A stretch of 63,995 nucleotides of DNA, the filler included, from Malassezia furfur (lineage: Eukaryota): the NCBI GenBank assembly GCA_052055015.1. It is 15 parts of 15 records of this genome, joined end to end, with 100 filler letters (N's around TTAATTAATTAA, not from the genome) between each part and the next. Parts side by side here need not be neighbours in the genome. Positions count along the whole stretch, not along the records: positions 43,878 to 48,110 come from JBQJIT010000694.1; positions 48,211 to 52,427 come from JBQJIT010000695.1; positions 52,528 to 56,725 come from JBQJIT010000696.1; 12 more parts are not named here. One strand, given 5' to 3'. The notes below the pieces were generated by a model. It saw only the letters and a list, made by a program, of their open reading frames with translations. It did not search any database and was not told the DNA's origin. The position numbers and the translations under genes were made by a program. Below are positions 43,895-55,493 of this stretch, in pieces; position 1 is the stretch's first letter, and the number at the start of each line of letters is the position of its first letter.

Positions 43895-45747
43895 ATGGAC
43901 GAAATTGACGAGCGGATCCTGCGCGACCCCGCGTGCCCCTACACGATCAAGCGGCGGACGAGCGGGCGCCCCGGCTTCCAGCTGGAGCACCCGTTCCTGA
44001 ACCTGGGCCACTTTTGGCTGCAGCAATCGGAGCAGTTTGCCGAGAACGACTATGTGATCAGCGAGACCCGCCGCGCGAGCTTCCGCGACGTGCGCCGCGC
44101 CTCGATCGTGCTCGCGTACGCCCTGCACGTGCGGTACAACATCCAGCGCGGCGACCGCGTCGCGATCGTGTCGCGCAACACGATCGAGTTTGTGACGGTG
44201 TTTTGGGCGCTGCACCTGCTGGGCGCGGTGCCCGCGGCGGTGAATGCGTTCCAGCGCGCAGATATGGTCGCGGCGTGCATCAACATGGTCGGTGCGCGCA
44301 TGGCGTTCCTCGACGAGGGCGCCTGGACGCAGCTGACGCCGCACCTCAACGCGCTGTTCCGCGGCACGGCGTACCCCGACAAGGACCCCGCACAGCCCGC
44401 GCTGCGGTATGCGATCGTGATGGGCGAGCGCGAGGCGCATCCGCTGCGTGCGCACGGCGAGCGGCCGTGGGTCGACGGCGAGCGCGTCGACTGCCGCGTG
44501 CACGACTGGGACGAGGTGATGCAGCTGTACCACTCGTACCGCGGTGCGGCGCCCCCGCCCGTGCACACCATCGGGCTCGACGACCACGCGCTGATCCTGT
44601 TCACGTCCGGGACGACGTCGGTGCCGAAGCCGGTGATCTCGACGCAGGACCAGGTGATCTCCTCGCCGCTCGTGTCGACATGGTACATTCTGCGCGGGAT
44701 CGTCGAGATGCTGGGCTCCATCCCGCCGGCCGACATGCTGCCGCGGCGGCGCACGCTGTGCACCGTGCCGCTCTTCCACGTGATGGGCCTCGAGAGCGTG
44801 CTGATGAGCAGCACGCTGTACGGCGACGCGTTTGCGCTGCTGCACAAGTATACGCTGCCTGCGGCGATCGCCATGATCCAGCGCGAGCAGATCACCAACC
44901 TGCTCAGCATCGGGTTCATGGTGCAGGAGATTCTGCGCAGCGACGCGGACCTGCCGTCGCTCTCGGGCTTCTTTGTGGGCGGCGCGACCTCGTCGGAGCG
45001 CCTGCCGGACGACGCGCAGAAGCGCGGCGTCGCGACGGGCGGCAACGGCTACGGACTCACCGAGACCAACTCGGGCGTGCTCGTGAACGTCGGCGCCGGC
45101 TACGTCGCGGCGCCCGCGTCGATCGGCGTGCCGGCGCCGATGGTCGAGGTGCGCATCCTCGACCCGGCGACGGGCGAGTTTCTGCCGGCGGGGCAGCCGG
45201 GCGAGCTGCTGATCCGTGCGCCGAACGTCGCCAAGGGCTACTACGGGCGGCGCGAGGCGACGCGCGCCGCGTTCCGCAGCGACGGCTTCTTCTGCACGGG
45301 CGACATTGCCGTCCAGCGCGCGGACGGCGCCGTGTTTATTGTGGATCGACGTACGTTGCCGACGCTCACGCAGTCAAGGACCTCATCATCCGCAAGGGCG
45401 AGAACATCAGCGGCCCGATGGTCGAGCAGGCGCTGCTCCGCCACGACTGCGTGCACGACTGTGCGGTCGTGGCGCTCGCGGACGCCGACGTCGGCGAGCG
45501 CGTCGCGGCGGTGTGTGTGGTGCGGCCGGGCGCGCGGCGCGTGTCGGAGAGCGAGCTGGTGCAGGCGGCGGCGGCGTCGCTGCCCGCGCACGCGGTGCCC
45601 GAGTACGTGTGGGTGCGTGCAGAGCCGCTGCCGCGCAACCCGACCGGCAAGGTGCTCAAGACGGAGCTGCGCGACGCGGTGCGCGCGCGCGTCGACGCCG
45701 AGCGCCGCCGCGGCGTCCTGCGGTGGCACCGCACCGCGCGGATGTAG
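43895..45747 (+). CDS. AMP-dependent acyl-CoA synthetase, probably peroxisomal
   Basis: FTSGTTSVPK, GYGLTET, FCTGD, DRLKDLIIRKGENI (after intron 45351-45373), NPTGKVLK; C-terminal ARM is PTS1-like. Confidence 0.9.
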
Positions 45748-45770
45748 TCACGTGATAGCGAAGAACGACG

Positions 45771-46306
45771 ATGCTCGCGGGCGTGGCGGGTCTCGTACGC
45801 GGCGCGCGGCTCGTGCCGCGCGCCCTTGCGGCGCCGCGGAGCGTGGCGGTGCCGCCAGTGCGCATGCTGCACACGACGCCGCCGGCGCTCGTCACCCTGC
45901 AGCAGGCGATGCGCGGCGCGCGCAAGCCGCACCGGCCGCCGGTGAACCGTGTGCCGGCGCTCGAAGGCTGCCCGTTTGTCAAGGGCGTGTGCACCAAGAT
46001 CTTCACGACGAAGCCCAAGAAGCCCAACTCGGCCATCCGCAAGATGGCGCGTGTGCGCCTGTCGAACGGGCGCACGGTCACGGCGTACATCCCCGGCGAG
46101 GGGCACAACCTGCAGGAACACAGCGTGGTGCTGATGCGCGGCGGGCGTGTGCAGGACGTGCCCGGTGTGCGCTACCGGCTGGTGCGTGGCGCGCTCGACT
46201 TTGGTGGCGTCGTGGGCCGCACTACGTCGCGGTCCAAGTATGGCGGTACGTCCCTCGCAACATAAAAATGCTAACTGCAGCCAAGCGGCCCAAGGCGGCG
46301 CTCTAG
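45771..46306 (+). CDS. MRPS12: Mitochondrial ribosomal protein uS12m
   Basis: [31 protein letters not shown]; intron 46246-46280. Confidence 0.95.
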
Positions 46307-46307
46307 T

Positions 46308-48110
46308 CTACACGATGTCGCCGCGCTCGCGGACGACGGCCTCGCGCTCGGGCTCGGTGCGCGCGAGGTGCTCGATCTCGACCTCGATCGCGCGGATCCA
46401 CAGGTCGCGGTCGACGACGGAGCGCGCGCGGAACAGAATCTCGCCATAGGTCTTTTCTGCCAGGCCCGGAATGTACTCGCCCGTGTCGAGCGGGCGGCGG
46501 TGGCGCAGGCGGAACAGGTTCTGCTGCGCGGAGAGCGCGTCGTTGCCCGTGCGGATGCGCAGCGCAAACAGGCAGTCGTCGTCGTCGTCGTAGCTGGTGA
46601 AGCCGTCCGGGTACAGGCGCGGCAGCAGTGGCGCTGAGCCCCCGGCGGGGTGCCCGTCGCGGCGCGCGGGCCCCGCGGCGTCGCCCGACGCGGACCGGGC
46701 GAGGCGGTCGCTGATGTTGCCCGTGTACACGTACGCGTCGCGCAGCACGATGGGCGGCTCGAGGCGGCGGTACAGCACGCCCTCGTTCTGCCGCGAGGAG
46801 GCCGTGCGCACCGAGTTGATCTGCTTGAACGGCACGAGCGCCCCGCCACACAGCGCAAAGAAGCGCATCGCGTAGTTGTGCGAGTGCTCCGTCTTCCAGA
46901 ACAGCCAGCCCGAGTGCCGCGCGGCGCGGCACCCGTCCATCACGCACCAGTTCCACAGCACGCCGAGCGAGTACAGACTGAGCTCGTCCGTGTACCGGTC
47001 GGCGTGCGGCACGCCGGTCGCGGCGCGCGGCTGCGTGTACGACTCGAGGTTCGACAAAAGCCACACGTCCGACTTGCGCCGGCACGCCCAGTACACCGCG
47101 AGCTGGTACAGCCGCACGATCCACTCGCGCGCCAGCGCCGCCGACGCGCACGCAAACGTCACGCGCCGCCCGTTGCTCATCAGCAAGTCGACCTGGCGCA
47201 GCGCGAGCGCACGCGCGCGGTCGGGCGCCGCGTGCAGGCCCTCGGCGCCGAGCCCGCCGTCGTCCTCGGGCAGGGCGAAGAGCGCGTCGAGGCGCGCGCG
47301 CGTCCCGTCGTAGTCGTACAGCACGTGCGTGTCCGGCGCCGCGCCGGGCGGCGCCGCGTCGCCGTACACCTGCGCGGCCATGTCGCGCGCGGTGGGCGTC
47401 AGCTCGGTCGAGACGGTGACGCCGGTGCCGACGCACCGGATCGCACACACCTCGCGCAGGTCGACGAAGCCGTCGCAGTAGCGCAGCTGCAGCTGCTGCC
47501 GCGCCTGCTCGCGCGCGTGGAACGCCGTGGCGTGCTGCGCGAGGCGCTCGGTGCGCGTCATCGACGGCGCGTCGAGCGCCGCGTCGAGCGGCACGCCGTC
47601 GAGCACGTCCGGCGCAAACGCGCGCGCGACGCGCGTCAGGTAGATGCGGCTCTCCTGCGTGAAGAAGTAGACGCGGCTCATCGCGCCGCCCACCGCCCGC
47701 ACGCGCCACACGACGCCCTCGAGCGCCGGCGGCTCCGCCAGGCGCCGCCCGTTGGGGTGCTTCGCCGTGGTGGGGTAGTGCTTGCTCGGGACCATCTCGA
47801 GCACCGGCTGCCGCCCGGGCCACGCAAACAGGCGCCCGACCAGCACCGACCAGAAGCGCGCGTGGCCCGCGGAGGTCGTCTCGTCGGGCACCCAGTTGTA
47901 CATCGCGCCGGAGCGCCACGCAAGCTTCGGCTGCACGCCCTGCGCGAGCATCTGCTCCGCGAGCTGCGCCCAGTTGGGCATCGCCCGCACGAGGCGCACC
48001 ACGCTGCGGATCACCTCGCCGCTCGACAAACTCGCCGCGGCCGCCCACTGCGTCGCGGCCTCCGCCGAGCCGCCCGGCGCGCCGCGCGCCGCATCCACCG
48101 CGTCGCACAC
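46308..48110 (-). CDS. Spo71/Mug56-like PH-domain protein, 3' part
   Basis: SGWLFWK..RDAYVYTG..PRLYPDG..DDDCLF..FRARS..RDLWIRAI.VEIE resembles the Spo71 C-terminal PH domain. Confidence 0.65.
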   Translation of the reverse strand: MCDAVDAARGAPGGSAEAATQWAAAASLSSGEVIRSVVRLVRAMPNWAQLAEQMLAQGVQPKLAWRSGAMYNWVPDETTSAGHARFWSVLVGRLFAWPGRQPVLEMVPSKHYPTTAKHPNGRRLAEPPALEGVVWRVRAVGGAMSRVYFFTQESRIYLTRVARAFAPDVLDGVPLDAALDAPSMTRTERLAQHATAFHAREQARQQLQLRYCDGFVDLREVCAIRCVGTGVTVSTELTPTARDMAAQVYGDAAPPGAAPDTHVLYDYDGTRARLDALFALPEDDGGLGAEGLHAAPDRARALALRQVDLLMSNGRRVTFACASAALAREWIVRLYQLAVYWACRRKSDVWLLSNLESYTQPRAATGVPHADRYTDELSLYSLGVLWNWCVMDGCRAARHSGWLFWKTEHSHNYAMRFFALCGGALVPFKQINSVRTASSRQNEGVLYRRLEPPIVLRDAYVYTGNISDRLARSASGDAAGPARRDGHPAGGSAPLLPRLYPDGFTSYDDDDDCLFALRIRTGNDALSAQQNLFRLRHRRPLDTGEYIPGLAEKTYGEILFRARSVVDRDLWIRAIEVEIEHLARTEPEREAVVRERGDIV

Positions 48111-48210
48111 NNNNNNNNNNNNNNNNNNNNNNNNNNNNNNNNNNNNNNNNNNNNTTAATTAATTAANNNNNNNNNNNNNNNNNNNNNNNNNNNNNNNNNN
48201 NNNNNNNNNN

Positions 48211-48626
48211 CGGACGGCTCGCCGGGCGCGGCGCTCGTCAAGCTCGAGCGCGAGCGCAGTCTGCGGCAGGCAGCGGCGGACCGCGTCGCGCAGGCGAACC
48301 GGGCGTGGGGCGTCGGCAAGGACGGTGCCGCGGCGGGCGGCGACGGCGACAGCGACGTGCCGCGCGTGCGCGAGCGTGTGCTGATGCCGACGGCGCGCGG
48401 CGGTGCGCCCATGCCAGGGCGCTTCTCGACGGCGTCGTCGCACACCTCGTCTGAGTCGGACTCGGTGAACACCGAGGAGGGCGCGACGCACCTCTCGCCG
48501 CTCGGCACGCCCGTGCTGGGCTCGCCGCTGCAGACGATCCAGGCGTACTTTAACCACGTCCCCGCCACCGGCGACAAGCTCGATGCGGTGCCGTTCTGGA
48601 CGGAAGATGGCGTGGTGTCTGCGTAG
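48211..48626 (+). CDS. C-terminal fragment of an unidentified protein
   Basis: Open frame from the contig start with typical codon usage, ending ..VPFWTEDGVVSA-stop. Confidence 0.5.
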
Positions 48627-48675
48627 TTGAGTTTCTATGGGGCATGGTACATTTTTTGTAGGCTTACACGATGTC

Positions 48676-50962
48676 TTAAACAAACCAGTGGGGGAACAGG
48701 GAGCTGAGCGTGCCGAGCACCGCGAGCACAAACGTCCCGCCCAGGATGCCCAGGTCGCGCCCGATGACGGCGGTGTGCATCTCGGTGTGCGCGAGCACCA
48801 GGTTGGCGAGTAGCGGCCCAAAGATGCACGAGTTGAACGTCAGGAACGCGCCGAGGAAGCCCATGATGCGCTCCAAACTCGGCACCGCCAGCGCCGTCAC
48901 CAGCACACTGAGCGCCATCCCCACGCGGATCCCCGCGACGGTCGCGCGCGCGCTGAGCGTCTTGGGCGCCGCCGGCGGCGCATCGGCATCCTGCGAGCGG
49001 TCGACGTCGCCCGCGGCCATCGCCTGCACGCCCGAGAGCGACTGGATGAAGCTCGTGTGCTCCTCGTCGTCGCGCGACGACGGCGCCGTGCTCGGCTGCA
49101 CGCCCTCCAGGACGCCGGCCCACTTTTCGAGCACGACCGTGACCGGCTTGAGCGCGAGCGCAAACTTGGTCATCGGGTTGATCGTGACAAGCACCACGGC
49201 CGCGACGGTGAGCGCGTGCGGGTAGCCGGGCGTGGCCGCCAGGTCGCGCGTCACCTCGTCCGACACGCTGCTGCCAAACATGAGGTAGCCGACGGTGGCC
49301 ATCAGCAGGTACATGGCCGCGGTCGTCAAGTAGGCCCAGTCGAGCATCTTGTCAAACTGACTCGGGTCGCGCATGTCCCGGTAGAGCGAGGGTATAACGG
49401 GGTGCGACGAGAACCCGGCCATGATCAGCCCAAAAGCGATCGGAATGCGCTTCCACTGCACCGCCAACACCGTCGCGCCGGGCTCCCACAGCGAGCCGGG
49501 CGCATGGCGCTTCACCAGCCCATCGGTGATGATCACCCAGAACAAGAAGAGGATGCTGACGATGCCCACGAGCGAGATGGGCGACAAAAACTTGAGCGGC
49601 AAAAAGAGCGTCGGCAGGACCACGACGAGGCCCACCACCTTGAGCACGGCGTTCGCCACGGGGTGCGCCGCCTGCTCCGTGCCGTACAGGAGCGCCGTCA
49701 TGCTGTCGCTCATGAGGATCAGCAGCGCGACGCTCACCATCCACATCTCGAAGCAGAACAGGAACGAGATGCACGTGCGCATCATCGGCCCAAACACGTA
49801 GCTACCAATGTCCGCGTAGGTGTGCAGGTGCGGCTCGCGCGCCAGGATGCGCGCAAGCACCTTGCCGCTGTAGTTGGTGAGCCAGCCACACAGCAGGAAG
49901 ACCACCGTGCCGCCCACCCAGCCCACACTCGCAAACGCCAGCGGCATCGACAGAATGCTCACACCCACAAGCACATTCACCGTATTGAACCACGTCTGCC
50001 AGAACGTGCTCTTGCCGTGCTCCACGTCGGGCACACTCGCCACGTCCGCCGAGCTCTGCCGCGCAGACGCCTGCGAGGGCGCCTGGTACAGCTGCTTGCC
50101 GCTCCGCCCACGCAGCAGCGGCGCACGCTCGTCCACATGGTACGGGTCGCGCAGATGCGGCGCGGCGGCGCGCAGTTGCGAGCGATAACGCGAGCCGGAG
50201 CGCGCACGCGACGTGTACGGCGACGTGTCGCGCGGCGGACGGCTCGGCGCGCGGTCCTTGCCCTGCGGCAGGAGCAGGCGCTGGTTCTTGGGCGTCTCGA
50301 TGCCGAGGCGCTTGGGGCTGCGGCTGCGGCTGCGGCTCGAGTCGTCCTGGTCGTCGTGCTGGTCGTCGCTCACGCCCTCGTCAAAGTCATTGTGCGAGCG
50401 CGGCGGGCGCTTGCTGCCGCTGCTGCTCGCGGATGCACGCGGCCACTTGGCCTTGGCCTTCGCCGGCGTGCGCGACGAATACATCCGCTCGCCGTACGCG
50501 GTCGGCGTGTGGTGGCTGCTCTCGGGCGCATCCAGATCGTGCGCCGTGTCCATCGCGTTCCAGTACTTTTGCGTCTCCAGCAGCGGCGCGCCGCGGTCGC
50601 GCACACGCCCTTGGTTGATCTCGGCGTCGTCGTCGGAGGACTCGAGGTTGTCCGCGGACGTGTCGTCCTCGGTCGCCGACTCGGTGCCCGTCATCTGCGT
50701 CGCATCGCTCTCTGTGTCCTCCTGCTCCTCCGGGATGTTGCCGCGCCAGCGCCGCTCCACAAAGCTCGGCGACGTGGTGATGTTATCGCCAAAGTACGCC
50801 TGCGAGCGCGAGTAGCTCCAGACGAGATCGCTGTTTCGGTCAGCCGCGCGCGCGCACGTACAGACTACTGCGCCATGGATGGCTTGTGTTGCTCTCGCGG
50901 CCGTGTGCCGTGCGGTGGGGCGTCCCCTGACCACGGACAGGAATCGCGTTCCTGCCTGGCAT
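48676..50962 (-). CDS. AVT1: Vacuolar amino-acid transporter Avt1 (AAAP family)
   Basis: STFWQTWFNTVNVLVGVSILSMPLAF, TYADIG, HPVIPSLYRDM, NPMTKFAL. Start MPGRNAIP at 50962, with intron 50831-50861. Confidence 0.9.
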
Positions 50963-51076
50963 CGGTCCTCGAGGGTGGAGCAGCAAAATTTCGCAGCGCG
51001 CAGCAAAAGATGAATCGCCCCGCCAAGCACACAGGTCACGTGGCACGCAGGCCCGGATCGTTTCTGTGCATCGGCG

Positions 51077-52427
51077 ATGTGTACGTCGGCAGCGCACTGA
51101 CAGACAGCGTTCGGCGGCGGCGGCGGGTTCTCGTTTGGCACGCCCGCACAGGGCGCAGGCGCACAGGGCACCAACACGCCCAAGCCTTTTTCGTTCGGCA
51201 CACAAAGTACGTCGCACGCCGCTCACACACCAGACAACACCACGCCGACCACCAACAACCCCCCGGGCGCTAGCACACCCGCGCCCAGCTTCGGCGGCGC
51301 ATCCACCACACCAGCAGCACAGCCACCGGCCAACCTGTTTGGCACCAAGGCACCGGAACAGAAGCCGGGCGGCTTCTCGTTCGGCGGCGCATCCGCTAAC
51401 GCACCCGCCCAAGGCGCGTTTGGTCAGACGGCACAGGCGCCCGCGGCGGGCGCCGGCACGGCGCAGTCGTCCGGATTCTCCTTCGGGAAGCCGGCGAACA
51501 GCAGCACACCCGCCCCTGCAGCGCCCGCACCCAGCACGGGCGGCGGCTTCTCGTTTGGGAAGCCCGCGGCCGCTCCAACGTCCGCGCCGGCGCCCTCGGC
51601 GCCTGCGGCGGGCTCGGGCACGAGCCTGTTTGGCAAGCCGGCCGATAAGCCGGCAGAGAGCGCGCCCAGCACGGGCGGCGGCTTCTCGTTCGGCAAGCCC
51701 GCCGACAAGCCCGCCGAGGCGCCCAAGGCGGGCGGCTTCTCGTTTGGGAAGCCCGCCGAGAGCGCGCCCAGTACGGGCGGCGGTTTCTCGTTCGGCAAGC
51801 CCGCAGACAAGCCCGCAGATAAGCCCGCAGAGGCGCCCAAGGCGGGCGGCTTCTCGTTCGGGCAGCCGGCCGCCAAACCTGTGGAGGCGCCCAAGGCGGG
51901 CGGCTTCTCGTTTGGCAAGCCGGCGGACAAGCCTGCGGAGGCGCCCAAGCCCGGCGGCTTTTCGTTCGGACAGCCCGCAGACAAGCCGGCAGACAAGCCC
52001 GCGGAGGCGCCCAAGCCTGGCGGCTTTTCGTTCGGGCAACCGGCCGACAAACCCGCCGACAAGCCTGCGGAGGCGCCGAAGCCCGGCGGCTTCTCGTTTG
52101 GCAAGCCGGCAGACAAGCCTGCCGAGACGCCCAAGGCGGGCGGTTTCTCGTTTGGCCAGCCTGCCGAGAAGCCTGCTGAGAAGCCCGCAGAGAAGCCCGC
52201 GGGGAAGCCTGCGGAGGCGCCGAAGCCCGGCGGCTTCTCGTTCGGACAGCCAGCGGCCAAGCCAGCCGACAAACCCGCCGAGGCGCCCAAGCCTGGTGGC
52301 GGCTTTTCGTTCGGCAAGCCTGCCGAGGACAAAAAAGAGGGCGCAGGCACGGGCTTTGCGTTCGGCAAGCCGGCCGACAAGCCCGAGGAGAAGAAGGACG
52401 GCGGAGCCGCCGGCGGCTTTGCGTTCG
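51077..52427 (+). CDS. NSP1: FG-repeat nucleoporin Nsp1, 5' part
   Basis: MSFGGGGGFSFG after a 4-nt coding first exon (introns 51081-51107 and 51207-51233); many GGFSFGKPA repeats with charged KPAD/KPAE spacers. Confidence 0.85.
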
Positions 52428-52527
52428 NNNNNNNNNNNNNNNNNNNNNNNNNNNNNNNNNNNNNNNNNNNNTTAATTAATTAANNNNNNNNNNNNNNNNN
52501 NNNNNNNNNNNNNNNNNNNNNNNNNNN

Positions 52528-55455
52528 GGCGCGGCCGGCGACCCGCTCGCGGGCGTCGCGCCGGTGCGCCCCGTGCTGAAGCGCGACGCGGCGGACGCGG
52601 AGGTGAAGCCGTTCAACCTCGCGACGCTGCAGGAGTCGCTCGCGATCATGCAGGACGCGCGCACGCGCGTGCCGGACGTGTACGAGCGGCAGCGGTGGCT
52701 CGAGCACTCGGCGCTGGATGCGGCGCGCAAGCGGCTGCAGCACGACCAGGCGAAGCTCGAGGAGCTCGGGCTGAGCGCGGGCGCGCTGCAGTCCAAGACG
52801 CTGCAGGCGTGGATGTGGGAGTGGTACCAGCGGCTGGAGGCGGCGCTGGCGCGCGACCTCGAGGCGCTGCGTGCGCAGAGCGAGGCGGGCGACACGTCGA
52901 TGGAGGCGCAGCTGTACCCGTTCCTGAGCCTGCTGCCGCCGTCGAAGCTCGCGATGATCGCGGTGCTGGAGCTGATGCGCATGCAGGGCGTCGGGGGCGT
53001 CGCGGACGGCGTCAAGACGACGCGCGCGCTGCTGCAGGTCGGCAAGGCGATCGAGGCGGAGCACCACGCGGCGGTGATCAGCCGGCACCCCGAGGTGTTT
53101 GTGCAGGCGCGCGCGGCGCAGGGCCTGCTGAAGGACCGCAACCTGGTGAACCTGGCGATGCGGCGCGACCTCAAGGCGTGGCAGGAGCGCTGCGACGAGG
53201 ACGCGCTCGAGACGCACGTGCCCAAGTGGACGCAGATGGTGCGCGTGCGTGTCGGGAGCTACCTCGTGCAGCGGCTCATGGACGTCGCCACCGTGCACCG
53301 CTCGGCGCGCGACCGCGACGGCGAGCTGTGGGAGGAGGAGCAGCCCGCGTTCTACGCGACGTACCAGTACATCTCGGGCAAGAAGCTCGGTGTGATCCGG
53401 CTGAACGAGGTCGTGAGCCGCCGCCTCGACAAGGAGTCGGTGCGCGAGACGCTGCACCCGCGGCACCTGCCGATGCTCGTGCCGCCGAAGCCGTGGCTGA
53501 CGCACGACTCGGGCGGGTACTTTTCGGTGAAGACGAGCGCGATGCGGTACAAGGACAGCATCGAGCAGAGCTCGTACCTGCGCGCCGCGTCGGAGAACAA
53601 CGGGCTCGAGGTGGTGCTCGCGGGCCTCGACGTGCTCGGCAACACCGCGTGGAACATCAACCGCGAGGTGTTTGACGTCGTGCTGCAGGTGTGGAACAGC
53701 GGCGAGGCGCTCGCGGACCTGCCCCGCGCCGAGACGCACGAGCCGGAGCCGGAGCGGCCGCCGCCGGACGACATCAAGGCGCGCGGCATCTACCTGCAGC
53801 GCATGCGCCAGTGGAACGCGAACCGCGCGTCGAACCACTCGCAGCGCTGCGACATCAACTACAAGCTCGAGATCGCGCGCAGCTTCCTCGGCGAGCGCTT
53901 CTACTTCCCGCACAACATGGACTTCCGCGGGCGCGCCTACCCGATCCCGCCGCACCTCAACCACATCGGCAACGACCTGTGCCGCGGGCTGCTCAAGTTT
54001 GCGGACGCGAAGCCGCTCGGCCACGTGGGTTTGCGCTGGCTGCGCATCCACCTCGCCAACGTGTTCGGCTACGACAAGGCGTCGTTCGCCGAGCGCGAGC
54101 AGTTCGCCATCGCGCACGAGCGCGAGGTGCGCGACGCCGCCACGCGCCCGCTCGACGGCGCGCGCTGGTGGCTGCGCGCCGACGACCCGTGGCAGTGCCT
54201 CGCCACCTGCATCGAGCTCACCAAGGCGCTCGACCACCCCGCGGGGCCCGAGCACTTCCCGTCGCAGCTCCCGGTGCACCAGGACGGGACGTGCAACGGC
54301 CTGCAGCACTACGCGGCGCTCGGCGGCGACCTGCACGGCGCCAAGCAGGTCAACCTCAGCGAGGGCGAGCGCCCCTCGGACGTCTACAGCGGCGTCGCCG
54401 ACCTCGTCATCTCGCAGCTCGACGAGCGCGCCGCGCAGGGCGACCACTACGCCCAGCTGCTCCAGGGCAAGGTCACGCGCAAGGTCGTCAAGCAGACCGT
54501 CATGACCACCGTGTACGGCGTCACGTTCGTCGGCGCCAAGAACCAGGTGCTCCGCCAGCTCGTCGACCGCGGCGACATCCCGGCCGAGGAGCTGTGGCAC
54601 GCCGCGTCGTACCTCGCCAAGTGCATCATGGGCTGCATCGGCGACCTGTTCAGCGGCGCGAACCTCATCCAGGAGTGGCTCTCGGTGTCCGCGCGCCTCA
54701 TCGCCAAGAGCATCCCCCCGGAGCGCCTCGAGGCCGCCACCAACACCTACAAGCCGCGCGCCAACGCACGCACCGGCGCCGTGCCCCTGTCGCGCCTCGG
54801 CAAGGAGCAGATGACCTCGGTCATCTGGACCACGGCGCTCGGCCTCCCGATCGTCCAGCCGTACCGCAAGGTGAAGAAGCACCAGATCGCCACCGCGATG
54901 CAGTCCGTCTACATCCGCGACCCCAACCAAAACTTCGAGGTGAACCCGAGCAAGCAGTCGAGCGCGTTCCCGCCCAACTTTATCCACTCGCTCGACGCGA
55001 CGCACATGATCCTCACCGCGCTCGAGTGCCAGGCGGCCGGCCTCGTGTTCGCGAGCGTGCACGACTCCTACTGGACGCACGCGTGCGACATCGAGACGAT
55101 GAGCGACGTGATTCGCGACACGTTCGTGCGCCTGCACTCGCAGGACATCCTCGTGCGCCTCCGCAACGAGTTCCTCGAGCGCTACAAGGGCTACAAAATC
55201 CCCGCGTCCTCCCTGACGAAGGCGTCGATGATGCGCTCCGAGCGCGAGCTGCGCGAGGCCGCTGCTGCGCACGACGACGCCGACGTCGATGCGGACGCGG
55301 ATGCGGACGCCGAGGTCGAGCGCAAGCCGCGCCGCCGCCGCACGCCCGGCGACGAGCACAAGTTCTACGACCTCGCCGACGTCCTCCCCCCGATCCCCGA
55401 AAAGGGCAACTTTGATGTGAACGAGATCAAGCGCTCTTTGTACTTCTTTAGCTGA
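52528..55455 (+). CDS. RPO41: Mitochondrial (T7-like) RNA polymerase, 3' part
   Basis: MDFRGRAYP, QDGTCNGLQHY, RKVVKQTVMTTVYG, PPNFIHSLDATH, SVHDSYWTH, YFFS C-terminus. Confidence 0.97.
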   Translation, partial: GAAGDPLAGVAPVRPVLKRDAADAEVKPFNLATLQESLAIMQDARTRVPDVYERQRWLEHSALDAARKRLQHDQAKLEELGLSAGALQSKTLQAWMWEWYQRLEAALARDLEALRAQSEAGDTSMEAQLYPFLSLLPPSKLAMIAVLELMRMQGVGGVADGVKTTRALLQVGKAIEAEHHAAVISRHPEVFVQARAAQGLLKDRNLVNLAMRRDLKAWQERCDEDALETHVPKWTQMVRVRVGSYLVQRLMDVATVHRSARDRDGELWEEEQPAFYATYQYISGKKLGVIRLNEVVSRRLDKESVRETLHPRHLPMLVPPKPWLTHDSGGYFSVKTSAMRYKDSIEQSSYLRAASENNGLEVVLAGLDVLGNTAWNINREVFDVVLQVWNSGEALADLPRAETHEPEPERPPPDDIKARGIYLQRMRQWNANRASNHSQRCDINYKLEIARSFLGERFYFPHNMDFRGRAYPIPPHLNHIGNDLCRGLLKFADAKPLGHVGLRWLRIHLANVFGYDKASFAEREQFAIAHEREVRDAATRPLDGARWWLRADDPWQCLATCIELTKALDHPAGPEHFPSQLPVHQDGTCNGLQHYAALGGDLHGAKQVNLSEGERPSDVYSGVADLVISQLDERAAQGDHYAQLLQGKVTRKVVKQTVMTTVYGVTFVGAKNQVLRQLVDRGDIPAEELWHAASYLAKCIMGCIGDLFSGANLIQEWLSVSARLIAKSIPPERLEAATNTYKPRANARTGAVPLSRLGKEQMTSVIWTTALGLPIVQPYRKVKKHQIATAMQSVYIRDPNQNFEVNPSKQSSAFPPNFIHSLDATHMILTALECQAAGLVFASVHDSYWTHACDIETMSDVIRDTFVRLHSQDILVRLRNEFLERYKGYKIPASSLTKASMMRSERELREAAAAHDDADVDADADADAEVERKPRRRRTPGDEHKFYDLADVLPPIPEKGNFDVNEIKRSLYFFS

Positions 55456-55493
55456 ACGGTAGTCGATCATGTATAGCCACGCCGCCGCCTCTG

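Noticed and set aside
51540..52427. Long DNA tandem-repeat region
   Set aside because: Explained by coding FSFG repeats of Nsp1, with synonymous variation between units.
52528..55455. Phage T7-like RNA polymerase as a viral or plasmid insertion
   Set aside because: This is the standard nuclear-encoded mitochondrial RNA polymerase, with host codon usage and no viral neighbours.
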